DNA of 64,000 bases from Raillietiella orientalis (taxonomy: Eukaryota), in assembly GCA_036172245.1 (NCBI GenBank), contig JAYWIR010000054.1, positions 124,001 through 188,000 of the forward strand, written 5' to 3'. The notes beneath the pieces are model-generated. The model had not been told where the DNA came from. It ran no database searches and saw nothing but the letters and a program-made list of their open reading frames with translations. Of the stretch, positions 37,855 to 49,800 are shown piece by piece (within the stretch, counting starts at the first letter, position 1; every line of letters starts with the position of its first letter). A program made the position numbers and the translations under genes.

Positions 37855-37950
37855 GACAAGTCCAAATCAACAAAAGCGAATACGCTCAAGATTTACGTAC
37901 CAATGCGAAGGGACACTCAGACAGACCCCACCCACCCCTCCATTATCCAC
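37855..37950 (+). repeat. Isolated internal fragment of retroposon copy B
   Basis: TCCAAATCAACAAAAG...ATGCGAAGGGACACTCAGACAGA.CCCACCCACCC closely matches 35045-35121 (minus). Confidence 0.8.
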
Positions 37951-40399
37951 GACGTCATGCTTGGAAGTTCTTTCAAGAGTGCTTCGGGATAGCAGTGAAG
38001 ACGCGAACCACTCACACACGATCCGATCGTCAATCCACTGTTATCCAAAGGAGCCATGCAGAAAGAGATTTACCAGTTGCGGCTACAACCAAGGCGATGC
38101 AGCACAGGTAGTTCATCCTGAGGCCGAGTGCTTGCTATGGACCTCGGCCTAATCTCCGAAAACCAAATGGGGTTCTCGACGTTTCCGCGCCTACAGATTC
38201 TGAAAAGACGAACGTGCAGCACGGCCTCGTGAGGAATCTTCAAAAAGTCAAAAAATTGGAGCATTCCGACGTGTCGACTTGACTTTACGGCATCTTCCCC
38301 TTGGGACGCCCATTAGCAGCACGCAAGGCCTGGTGGTGCCGAGGCGGCATTCACTTGCGCGCCCTGCCGTGTCCCAGCTGCCCGCACGGTCCCGCCCACC
38401 AATGCATCTCTGCTTTGGCGTAACAAGACTTCTCCAGAACTGATGAGGTTTGCATCGCTCAGAGGTCTCCTTGCCACCGCGATGGCGAGGCTCTCGCAAG
38501 CATCCAACGAAAAGAAGGACTTTCCGTCCTCTTTAACGGATGCTTCCCAGCAGCCAGAACCTGCACCCGACTTCTCCCCAGGTGGGCAAAAGTTGAAGAA
38601 ATCGCAGATAAGAAGAATGCATTCTTTTTGTGCATTGTCACTAGGAAGGTACCTCGAAATGCTATGGAGATGTTGCGAAGCTGCAACGTGTCTTTTCCGT
38701 TCAGTTCTCTGGCCTTGTGCTGAATTGGGTGGCCGGTCCGTTTCCTGGAAGCCCTCTCTACTTCGGGGAGGATCCAAGAGAAATGGCTCCTTGTTCTCAG
38801 GCATCCAGCAGCTGCTCTACGACTCTCTCCTCAACGACGCTGGGAGACGGGCATCGTGACAGGGTCTGCAGCCGGCGCAACGGGGCGGTTCTTCGCTCCT
38901 CCACCATCTTTTGGCTGTTCGTTCGGAAACGATCCGAAGGATGAAACCAGACAGGCGGTCGGACCCGAGTGGGGAAGGGAGGAGGCGACTGCTCAGAACC
39001 ACCAAATCAGGCCCTCTGCAATGGAGGTACCTCCACTGGCAGTGCAAGAACCGGGGACCGATCTCTTGGGTTCACCTGCGTTCTTGAAAAGCAGGGTGGA
39101 CCTCTCATGACTGGGCAGCTCCTTCCCGCACTTCTTCCTTCGGCTCCACCTTTGGCGGCCAAGCAACAGATGGCATCCGAAACCACTAGAAAGACGCCTA
39201 TGTTTGACCTGAGCGCCGCCCTATCTCGCGGGAAGGTAGTCGGCGTTCCGAAAGGCGCCACTTGAGGAAAAAGTTTCGTGTGCGGGTGAATTCTAGCCTG
39301 TGGCTGCTTGCCCTTGCCTGCAGAAATCAACGCCCCTTCATTAAAGGTGACCAAGGAGAAGCTGATTTCGCTTCAGAGGGCACTGTGGATGTTGTGCGTA
39401 TGTGGCAGATGGAATATCCGTTGCTCTCAACCGCTTCTTAATCCGTCAGGGGTGTGCTGGCAATCGTTCATCTCGGCTGGCTACTGAAGATGCTCCTTCG
39501 GTGACCAGTGTCTCGATGCTGGTGGCAGGCTCACTCTAGCATCTTCATCTTTCGCGCGTGCACGAAACATCTAAAGTTCCCTAAGCACTTTATTCTTCTC
39601 CGTGTCCGCTTTCTCACTTGCCACCAGCGCCTTAGGGAGTCCAACTCTCCCCTCTCGGCGAACGGGCGAGCCGTCTTCTTCCCCCATCCGGTCGCCTTTC
39701 TTTGTAGCCCTCCCACACGGACAAGCGGCGTCGAGTGTGACCACTCGGTTTCCTCCTTGCGTACTCCGGGTCCGTGCGGTGGTGCTACCAGTCCGTCTCC
39801 CGGGATACGTTGGTGCGAAGCCAACAGCTCCCGTTTTTTCCTTGATCTCCTTCTGTGGCGACGCCCAGCAGATGGTCGCGTTCCCGTGGTAACGGAGCGG
39901 CGGTTTCCACCGGCAACGGTCGAGGTGGTGCGCCGACGACTGCGCCTTCGGGCATCGCCGGCACGTCCAGTCGTCAGGCGCTCCCGAAGGGGCAGCCGGG
40001 GAGCCGCAGGTGATCCCCGGGATGCAAGAAGGGCTTCGAGGTAGGACTGTGCCACGCAGGGCACGCCTCCCCGCAACCCGGACACTTCCGGATGGACACG
40101 CCATGCCTCCTCGGGTCGCTGAGGAGTGCTGCGTGCCCCAGCGGTGAGTTCCGTTCTCCAAAGATAAACCGCGGAATTCTGGGATTCCTCCCTTGCCCTC
40201 GAGCGCTGAACGCCCCGTTGCCCGCGAGGAACCACAGTGGATGCTGACTGTGGTGCAACGGCTGCAGGCGGCCTGATGGTAGCATTCACGCGCGGGAGCT
40301 GCTGGGGCATCATCGCCTCTGCTTTCAAATCTAGGAGCAGCATCCGCAACTGCCTGCGGACATCCCTCGTGCTCTCCTTGGTTGCTGGTTGCGGCACCT

Positions 40400-41720
40400 C
40401 ACTGCCCTGAGGCTGGCAGATGAACTTATCCTTCCAGTTAACTCTGTTTCCTTTGGAAAATCAAATCATGGGAGGTCACGGAAGGTCACACTTGGCTTGC
40501 AGGTAGGAGAAAGGAACCACGGTCGTCTCTCGTGCCTCCAGGAGGAAGACAGCTGGATGCGGGAGGACGGTTGAGGTGCACACCCGCGAAGCTTCCAGCC
40601 GGAGGAAGGGAGAGGCAAGGATACCCTCCTGGCGTTCCCAGTACAGAAGGATTCAGGGTCCATCTGAAGCGGAGGGCGTCGCTGTCGTGAGAGGAGGGGT
40701 AGGGCACAGCTCCGACCTTGGAGTGAAGGCGCGCGAGTGCGCTCATGCACGCAAGTGCCGATGGTACGGGCAGGGGAGCTCCCAGATCGCTTTCCCCGTC
40801 TCCTAGAAATACGTGCCGCGGAGAGCTAACGGAGGTGTTTTGAAGGTGTCAAAGCGCTGCGCCTATCAGCTGACGGGGCAGAAAGACGTCATTCCCCAAC
40901 GGAGAAGCCAATCAAATCATGAAGGAATGAGCGCTCGTCCGGCGTCCTGCCGAGAGGCGGAGCAACATATTCATTTATACACGTATACATATAAATATAC
41001 ATGTGAGCGCGGCACGCAAATGGCGGATGGAGCTGCCGTTCTCTTTGCCTTCATTGCCGGCAAATGGCGGCACCTGCCACGCTTCCCGGTCGCCCGCTGC
41101 GCCCTTGCGCAGTCTCCCCGCTCAACAACATCCGCGTTCCCTGGTGGAAGCTGCCAAGCGACGGATTCTCTTCGCCGCCATCCCTCCCACGCCGAGCAGC
41201 TCCGGGTGCGCACCGTTGCTTCCGAAGGTGCCTTCCGCGGGAGATCGCAAGAGCCATGCGCGTCCTTTACCGTCGACGGATGTCTCGTCGCAGAAGCATT
41301 CAGGGAAACTAGAAGTCCATCGCTAGGGTGGGTGGGACGCGAGCGGCTCCAGCGCTCCCCTCCGCGTCTTGAGAGCAGCGTCTTCATCTGCCGAGTCGCC
41401 CGAAGTAGGCGGGCAATCTATCGGTCGCCGGAACGCTCTCTTTGGGACGCCAAGCACCCCCGACATTTGGACCATTCTAAACACCAGTTCAGATAGATGT
41501 CCGGTGATGGCACAGTTGAAGATGAACTGCACCGTACCAGAGGCCGGGAGCTGCAGAGGGGGAAGGAGGACTGTCGGAGCAAGGATTGTTGATGAAGTTG
41601 CTTTCCGGTACTCCTTCCGTTCCTCGGGATGATGGAAGCTGCCGTCCTCGGAATCGCAGCATCCTCCCCGGAAAGTCCGGCAGTTCCCGAAAGCTTATCA
41701 CAGTCACGTAGGAGAACCCA
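40400..41720 (+). mobile_element. LINE AP-endonuclease relic
   Basis: Ordered degenerate motifs CLQE (~40532), AGD (~41237), PDIWTILN (~41459) and ARI-D (~41578). Confidence 0.45.
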
Positions 41721-42119
41721 AAGGAGGGCAGGCGACTCGGGGAAGCGACAAACGCCTTCAGGCTGTGTTGCCAGAGGAACAGGTGGGTGCTGCCAAGGGA
41801 ATACAGGTATTGTCTGCCGCTGCGCCTTCCACACAACGCCCTCTGCCGTTCCACGGAGGCAAAAGACACGCTGCAAGCGTTCCGAAGCTTCTTGCAGTCT
41901 GGTGAACGCTCCTTCCCCCAGAGCCTGTGGTATTCATCGCTCAGAATATAAGTCTGTCGAGAGGCGCCATCCGGCCTCTCATCCTGGCAACCCCCTGGAA
42001 CTCCCCACGCGATTCCTTGGCAGAGCTCCCACCGGATCGCAGTTGCTGTCCTTGCACCACGAGAAGATTCGGCATGCCACGAGCTAAGAAGCTGCTTCTT
42101 GGTTTAACACCCGGTAACA

Positions 42120-44140
42120 CAAGGGCGTTTATTATAAAAATAATAAACACATAGATGTGAGACCATTGACCCTACTTCGTCCGAAAATGTTCAGGACCTG
42201 CCGAGTTACCGGCAGGCAGCCTGGCGAGGTTCGCCTCGGCAGCGAAGGGGAATGGGGGAAACAAAAATAGAAATAATGCAAAAAATCAGGAGAATTAGGG
42301 GAGGGATCAATGGGAGCTGGGGGGCATCCTCTGCATCCTTTCCAGGATGCCGGCAAGCCCCGTGAGAGTATGCCCCAAGTGGCGCTACCTTGCTGCCGTC
42401 CGCAGGAAGCACAGGGCGAAGCAGATGGCGTCCTCCTTTCGCGTAGCTCCAGGCTGCCACGATCCCGCGTAGGCAGCAGCAAAGAGCTGCTGGGGATGCG
42501 GCAGGCAAAAGGACGCTGCTCACGAAGAGGTGTCCCTGGGATTGTCCATCAGTGCACCAAAGGCCGTTGAGTAACGCAAACACAGGGGCCGGAGGGCAAC
42601 ACAGCCTACAAGCAGGTGCGGGAGCTAGGACTCCCGTTTCCTGCAGCTGCAACAGCTGCAGTCCACAGCTCCCCGGGTCCAGTGAGACCGGCGGGCGTTG
42701 AACCGGAGGTCCCAGTGCAACAGCAGAAGTGCCGATTTCTCCCACTTCAGGGGGAGGAGACCCGGTTGTTCTTCAGTGCTAGGAGCCACTCGAGGTCTTC
42801 CTGTGGGATTTCCAGCAGCTCATCCCACCGTAATAGTCCTTTCAGTGGGGCACTTGAAGTCGCAAAGTCCGTGAACTGGCCCGCGGTGCAAACACCTAAT
42901 TTCTTCGTCTGAAGACCTATTTTGCAAATGACCTCCCATTTGACCGACTGGTGACTGCCCAGGTGCTCCCTGAGGGAGGACAGTGCCGCGGCTAGGGAAG
43001 TGCTTTGCACCCACGCACACGTGGTCAGCTGCACAACGACGTCCTGCAGCAAGCGGTTGTTATAGAAAAAGTTCAGCAGTGTCTGTGGCATCTTTAGGAT
43101 CGCTTCGTTGTTCTTGGACCGCGTGGTTTCCTGGAACCAGGCACAACCGTTCGCGGGCCGGCAGGAGATCAGATGTTGGTTCCGGTCAGCTTGGCCACTC
43201 GCTGTAGCTCCTGTTCGCTGCGGGACACGTCGCATTGGTGCGGCCGCGACAGGGACGAACACAGTTCCGCCTAGCCGGTGGCTCTCTTGACCAGGCATCG
43301 TGAGATCTCGCACTAATTCGTGCTTGAAAGCTTCGCCACTAGGACAAGCGTCCTCCACTGGAGGACCCGCTCCAGGCGCTCCAACCTGAAGAGGCCGAGG
43401 TCTCGGTCGGGATGCGGAGCCCACAAGTCCTTCAGGCGAAATCGGAACCTTCTTGTGCTCCAGAGGACTATTCTCAAGAGGTCCGCCGTCCACCTCCTTA
43501 TACTTCTCGGTGGGGGCAAACAAAAAACGGGGAGGAAGAATGGGGCCACGAACGTGTTCCACACCGCGGCCCGTTCTGACAAGAGAAACTTGAACATCCT
43601 GGAACGGGCCGATCACTGACTGCCTTCTGGAGGATGGACCACACCTCCGCTGAAAAATAGTCCCCCAACGGTACACCGAGGTACTTAAAGTACCGAACCG
43701 TGGGGATCCAGTCCAGCTGCCCTGCTCGCGTTGAACCGACTGCTACCACGGACGATTTCGCTCTGTTCACTTCTCCAGTCCTGACCAGCGGCTTGACAGC
43801 TCGAAGAAATCTTCGAGTGCCGACGCCGGGGTAGACATGGGGAACAGCAGCAGAAGACCGCCCGCATACGCTGACACAGCAAGTGTGCTTGGGCATGCGA
43901 GTGGCAGGCGAGCCAGAGTCTCCCGGGCCTTCTTGGAATGACCCCTGAAGAAAGCGCCCTCTCGTATCGGAAGAGCTGGGAACTCCTCGCCATTATTTGC
44001 CTTCCTCTGAGATGGCGCTGGATACCAAACGCATCAGAGCAGTCTCCGGCAAACCACGAGGCCATCTCGTGCTAACAGCAGGGGCCGGAAACTCCCGCCC
44101 CTCCGTCAGGCAACTGTCGTTGCTGTCCATAGGGCAAGGG
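42120..44140 (-). mobile_element. L1/Tx1-like LINE 3' half (family A): RT, thumb, CCHC tail, 3' UTR
   Basis: VSAYAGGL (decayed YADD, ~43865), VNRAKS, FKYLGVPL, LLSERAAVWNTFVAP, DLGL, degenerate zinc knuckle, AALCC, and the 3' hairpins. Confidence 0.85.
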
Positions 44141-44149
44141 AGCGGAAGG

Positions 44150-45160
44150 GAGTTCAAGGAGAGGCAAGAGTTCCTTTGAGTTCTGCACCACTGCAACAGC
44201 GACCAAACTCCTGGGCGGCTGGAAGGCGACTGAGCTGATGGAAACTGGCACTCCGCATTCGTGGGCAAGCGCGGGGACAGCTTCGGTAGAGCGATCTTAG
44301 TGTGTGATCCCCGAAGAACTTGTGGTCCCTTTATTGAGCATGGGCAGTTCGGTATTCCCCTTGAGGTGGAAACAGGATGTGCTGTTGTTTCTGCACCAGC
44401 CTTTTTAGTGCAGTTCGAGCCGGCGCCTCGTTTCCGGGGGAGTTGCCTCTCCGAATTATTCCAGGTACGGGACGGTCGAATCGTTCCCGCACCTTCTCGT
44501 GGCCTGCGGTGCCTTTCAGGAAGTTTGGCGGAGGCTCGTTTAGGAGCTTCAGGAGTCTTGAGTCCTCCTGCTACGGAGGACACCATCATGAACCTTCTGC
44601 GGCCATTCTTCGTGTGCTCAGGATTCTCGGCAGGCGCTGTGGTCTCAACGCCATGTTGCATCCGCGACGTCGTCACAACCCTCCAGCTGCTGGAGTCTGG
44701 ACCGCGGCGAAGGGTGGCCTTTCGCCCGCATGAGGACGGCTGCGAGTGGGTCTCAACTGATAGAGGAAGTCGAGTAGGAGATCTCCGGCGTTCCGCGCCG
44801 GTAATGAGCGAAAAGGAGCGGATACTACTAATGACCACTGTCCTCACCTTCCCTTGATCTATTTGGTTACTGTTTCCTCTCGCTCTGGACTCACCCAGCA
44901 CCAACTTCGTGTCAGTGAACCTCATCTTGGAATTCGTTTTGTTGCTTTTGTTTGGAGAGTGAGGTTTCCAACTTTATGGTAAGAATGAAGAGCGGCAGCC
45001 CTTCATCCTTACCATAATTCTTATAACCCTATAGCTCCGGTGGCCACCCTGCGTGTCGCAGTGTGGCCACCGGACTTTGTTTCTTGTTACGACCTGTTGG
45101 AATTTCAATTGGCCGGCACCTGGCGATTCAAGGTCCCCCTTGGGGTTGTCCTAGGTTCGT
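44150..45160 (+). mobile_element. L1/Tx1-like LINE RT fragment (family B)
   Basis: (KQ)GCAVVSAPAFLVQFEP and MSEKERILLMTTVL; collinear homology with 21440-22540 (minus). Confidence 0.75.
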
Positions 45161-45640
45161 GTCCTCTCAAACGCAGTCACCACACCTAACGGGAGATGAC
45201 CACCATGCCAATGCGGTCACTGGAAAGAAGTGTTTCGCTTGAATATTTCCCCAGGGTGCACGGATGTCCCACGGTAAGCCGAAATGATGAACATCCACGG
45301 GGTGTGGCTCAAACGAAGCACGAAGGAAGGTCTCTGGAACTATGACGTGCAGCAGTTATCTTTCGTCTTACCTTATCTACTTTTATTTTTTCCTTATTAC
45401 GGTGATTTCTAGTAAACTGCTGGTTTACCTGGATCCAGCAGCATTTCGAACCATTCAAAGTGGCCAGTGATCATCTTCAGTCAAGAAGAGTTCTGTAGAA
45501 GGAACGCGATAACTCCGTCTCCATTCAAGTACTTCATCTTCCACAAAATTGGATCATCGCCCTTTGAGCAGACGCAGTCTCTATGGCACGCAAAGATCTT
45601 TTTTGCTTTCTAGAAATACGAAACTAAGAGCGACTCTCCT

Positions 45641-46810
45641 CCCGCGTCGGTAGCCATGGGGCCACAACTGCGGCGCGTGGCACCAGGAGTTGAGGGAAGG
45701 GCGGACGCCGAGAATGGGTGCGCCTCGGGTTTCTAGTTTCCCCGCAGGATGGCGCTGGGGGAAGGCAGGCACGTGCGCGCTGGAGACCGGATGTCCCCCT
45801 TGACTAACAGGAATCGGGAGTAGACTCTCCGGGACCCTTCCTGGAATTCATACGGGACGGTTTTCTTCATACGGGGGATTTTTCTCAGTTTTGCAAATGG
45901 AACCGACCCAACAAACGGGGAGACCCTCCATCGTGTTGCATGGAGCTGGTTTACCCGCTTCGGGAGTTGCTTCTCCATGGTGTAAGATCCGTGCTGATCC
46001 CTTCGGGAAGCTCTCTTTCGAGGAAATTGGAAGCACCCCTTCGGGATTGTCTCCAAATAGAGGTTTCATTGCAAGTTCCCTCTGGAGTTCGATTCGGTGA
46101 CAACCAGAGCTAAGGCTCCCTTTGGAGTTTCCTGCCAAGCGTAAGGAAATGAGACTCCTCTTATATGAGGCTTCAGGATTGAGTAGGATGCTCCTGACGA
46201 AGGTGTCCCCTACGCATTCTTAGCTGGCGCTTTTCCAGGCGCCATGTGGTGGCATGGTGGAGCGCCTCCAAAGGATGCAAACGGTTTTTCAGGAATTACG
46301 GCGAACCCCAAAAAGAAGACGGTCATCAGCGTATAGGCGGAGCGTAAATGGGAGAGCAGCCGCGAGGTCCTCTCCTCCCCTTTCCTCCTCCCTAAGCAGG
46401 CGTGACGGCACAGATGCGCCGGTTCCCTCTGCCGATAGTCGCCTCTGGTTCCCCTGGGAAGAGGGCAGAACAATGTCTTGTCCCTACCCTGGTCACTGTG
46501 CTTATGCTTTCCTATTCTCCCAGGAGATGCCCTCCTTATCTTTCCTATTTCCAGAGGGCCTCTGCGGGAATAGGGAAGGAGCAAGAAGACGACAGGCTAG
46601 TTTACTTAGGTTAGGTGGCGACATCATTTCCCTATGCCCAGGAGGGTGGACAGTTCTTGCATAGTTAGCGAACCAAAAACCAAAGAAAGAGGAAGAAAAT
46701 GACAGCAGAAATAAAAGCAGCGCAACCAGAGGAACCCGAAAATTCCCATAATCCCAGGCCAGTAGCAACCATCTCGTAAGAAGGCTTTTTTTTTAAAAAA
46801 AAAGAAAAAA
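45641..46810 (+). mobile_element. tRNA-headed retroposon with UUCG array, copy C (diverged)
   Basis: Starts CCCGCGTCGG like copy A; shared body GCCGAGAATGGGTGCG...CCCCGCAGGATGGCGCTGG; CCCTTCGGGA units at 45995-46050; shared tail TTAGCGAACCAAAAA...ATTCCCAT...AGGCCAGTAGCAAC followed by an A-rich run. Confidence 0.7.
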
Positions 46811-49800
46811 ATCCGATGAGTTTTTCTGAATACGAGGGAGGCACCTCCGATGGCTTGTGATGCATCACCCTCTAACATAGGATGCAGTCCCTAAACATTT
46901 TGGTAATCCATGAAACTGAAGAAGCAGCGAAAAGTGCAAGGAGCTGCCACTGTTGTTCGCTGGCACAGGAGCACTACCCGAGCTGAGGAAACCAGAGTCG
47001 GATCCCTGGCACCCAACGAACCAAGGGAGTCCTGAAGGCTTGGGATCACCAGTGTAGAAGAGGAAGAAGAGGAGGGCACAGTCGATTCAGCGGAGCCGAG
47101 ATGCATTTTGGGTAACCTGCTATAGCGAATTGGCAGCGTGATTTCTGCAGGATTACCATCTGGCGCAAACGGCAAAGAACAGAAGACCCTCTACTAGCAC
47201 TCACCACTTCCACCAGAGTTCAAGAAAAAATGGAATCAGCACTTGCGTGGCATAGAACCTTTCTTGTTCCTCCCGGATTCCGCCAAGGCAAGCAGGCTGA
47301 AGAATGGGGCTTTCTCTGCGTGCTTTTCCGCTTGAGCCTTCCAGTTGGTTCCGGAGTTCCAGGACCCGAAAATATTGTGGGTTCTAAGTAGCGACAGACA
47401 GTAAGCTGCAATGGAAGCTATGAGGGCTGAATTCTCCCGCTGCTGCATGTGTGCTCTTTGAGCGTCCTCTTCCTCCTGCCACTGTGCCATGCCGCATTGA
47501 GCCCGTCTCCTTAAAATTTGATTTATTGTTCCACGCGATGCAAACTCCAGGAGGCAGACGAATAGTCTGGAGATGTGCAGGTGTCTCATCCCTTAGTCAG
47601 TACTTTAAACCGTCAAGTGCAGGTGCTCGCATTCCCAGGCTACCCAGCAAACCGCCTACTGCGTCCACGGAACGACAACGCCTTAGAAGTAACTCAGGAG
47701 AGCGCCGATTTCCACCAGTTAAGTTGAATGTTCTTTTAGGGGTGACTCCGCGCGCTGGCTGGCCTCTTCGGTTATTGAGGGACAGCGGTGGCCGACTCGA
47801 CGGTTATCTTTCTGTCGCGCGGGGCACTGCCTCTGTTAGGGATCTCCTTGCGCGGAGGTCCTGAGAGATGATCCATCCGTTCCATCGTCATCCTACTCAA
47901 ACTCCTTCTACTCTTCTTTTTCGGTTTCCCTTATTCTCGTTCCTTGCTGTGCAAAATCTCCACATTCCATCGCTTCAGCCTCTGAGCGAATCAGAGTTCC
48001 TCGGCGATGTGGCCGCAGGATAGCTCACCGGTTCTTTTGCAGCCACCCACCCGAAGTTGTGTATAAAAAGCTAAATGGGAATCTCCAACGACTGCCGGTC
48101 TTCCGGTATGCATCTGCGTCCCATGGTGCGCATGCGCGATTTCGTTGTCCAGCTTTCCTGAACCAGCGCCTGTAACTGCTGGCACCCTATAATTCCAGCT
48201 TCTCTTATCTTGTCGTAGACGGATTCGAGCGTGTATTCTGCAGTGCAATTTCTCGCGAAGGCTGCGAAGCTTCGCGCCTGGTTCTGCCATTTCCTACACT
48301 TGGGATTTCGTCCTTCGGACGTCTAGCCGCCCGCCAGGATGCCGCCCACGCTCGAGTCCACTTGAACTCAGACCTCGAGGATCTTCCAGCGCAAAGGGCG
48401 CCATTCTTTCCAGCTCGAATCGCAAACTGCTGCTCTTCGTGAGATCTCTTTTGCTTGGTATCACCGGGATGCCATTCCGAAAGATGCAGACCGTGCCATT
48501 CACGAACTCTCAGTTGTTAAGATGTAGAAAACTCGGCAGCACACCTTGATCCTTACAAGTTCAAGGTCACCTCCAGGTGTTTCGGGGCGAAGTACACGCT
48601 TGCACAAGCAGCCGTATCCGCAGTTCCGAAGCCGTCAACTGAGAGCAGCGGCGTGACCTTCATCGATTGTCCCATAATAAGGTGCAGGATGTGGACCTCA
48701 CTTGCTAAATTGGTATCCGAACTACCAAATGTAGAATTCGCATCCGCTTTAATTTTTCCTCGGATTCCATGCCGTGGCTGGTGGGCAGCCCTGCCCTTTT
48801 CCTGCAGCCCGCTGTGTATTGCCAGCGCGGGTGGTAAAGCTGTGGTTCCCGGAAAAAACGGATTCCATCACTCCCCTGCCGAAGTGTGCAGTGACTGCAG
48901 AGGTTGCCGACAGGAAGTACGTTTCATGCTTCGGAGATCCTACAGTTTCTCTGCTACCGAATTGGCCTCTTCATCTCCTCTAGAGGAAACGGAGATTCAC
49001 GTAATCTGCTTTGTACAGAAGGACGGTCCATCTTGCTCTTCCAGTGTACGTCGGGAAAGTGTCCGAAGCTCGAGTGTGCTTCCTTCTTTTTGGGAGTCTT
49101 CTTTCGAGGTTGCCGAGCTCAATCGTCGTGTTGTTTTTGGGATGCAGGAATACCATGGCGAATTTTGGCATCGACTAGGGCGTTTTTGCAGCCTTGTAGC
49201 GAGGATGCCCGTCTTCCTCACTCTCTCTCTCTTTGCGCAGTTCCCCCTCCTCTCCTGCAGCTGCGAGCACCCACTCGCACATTTTTGTCTCGTCTTCTTT
49301 GCGCTTCCGGACGTGAGTCAAGTATCGTGTCGTCTGATGGAGAACGGCAAACGCACGCAGGCGCCACACCGCCACTTCTCTTTCGCAGCGCTCGCAGTGC
49401 TAGTTGTCGGAGGAGACTTCTTCGTAGCTCCACGCATCCGACGTCCAGTGTATCAAGCTACTGTTTCGGAAGAGCGCGGGGCGCGGCGAATGACCCCTTA
49501 CACTGCGTTCCGGTGCTTCCTAAAAGAGGAGTAGTGGACCGGTTCCGGAAGTACATTAATAAACGTCCATCAGACGACGGGAGAAGAGCAGGCACCATGC
49601 ATCCGTCCCCTTCCACAAAGTAGTGTCCTGCACTGACCAATGCAAGAATGGGCGACACAGTCCTGCATCCGGGAGCGTCCTCGGGGGGAAGGGTTGCTCC
49701 CGGGACGATCGTCGTTCGCTCGATGAGGGTGCTCGCGATGTTCCTGATGACAAGGTTTGCTGGCCAGCTCCAGCGACTCTTAAGGGAAGCGGAGGCACAC

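Noticed and set aside
43386..43415. Hammerhead ribozyme cores (CTGAAGA here; also 14287, 21221, 46194)
   Set aside because: No correctly placed GAAA together with stems I and III; most lie within decayed ORFs.
43990..44300. Twin-priming inversion of one LINE
   Set aside because: The two back-to-back fragments cover the same RT region and are diverged, so they are separate insertions.
48653..49623. Long plus-strand ORFs (293 aa, 239 aa) as genes
   Set aside because: Ser/Cys/Phe-rich composition typical of antisense shadows; no domains recognised.
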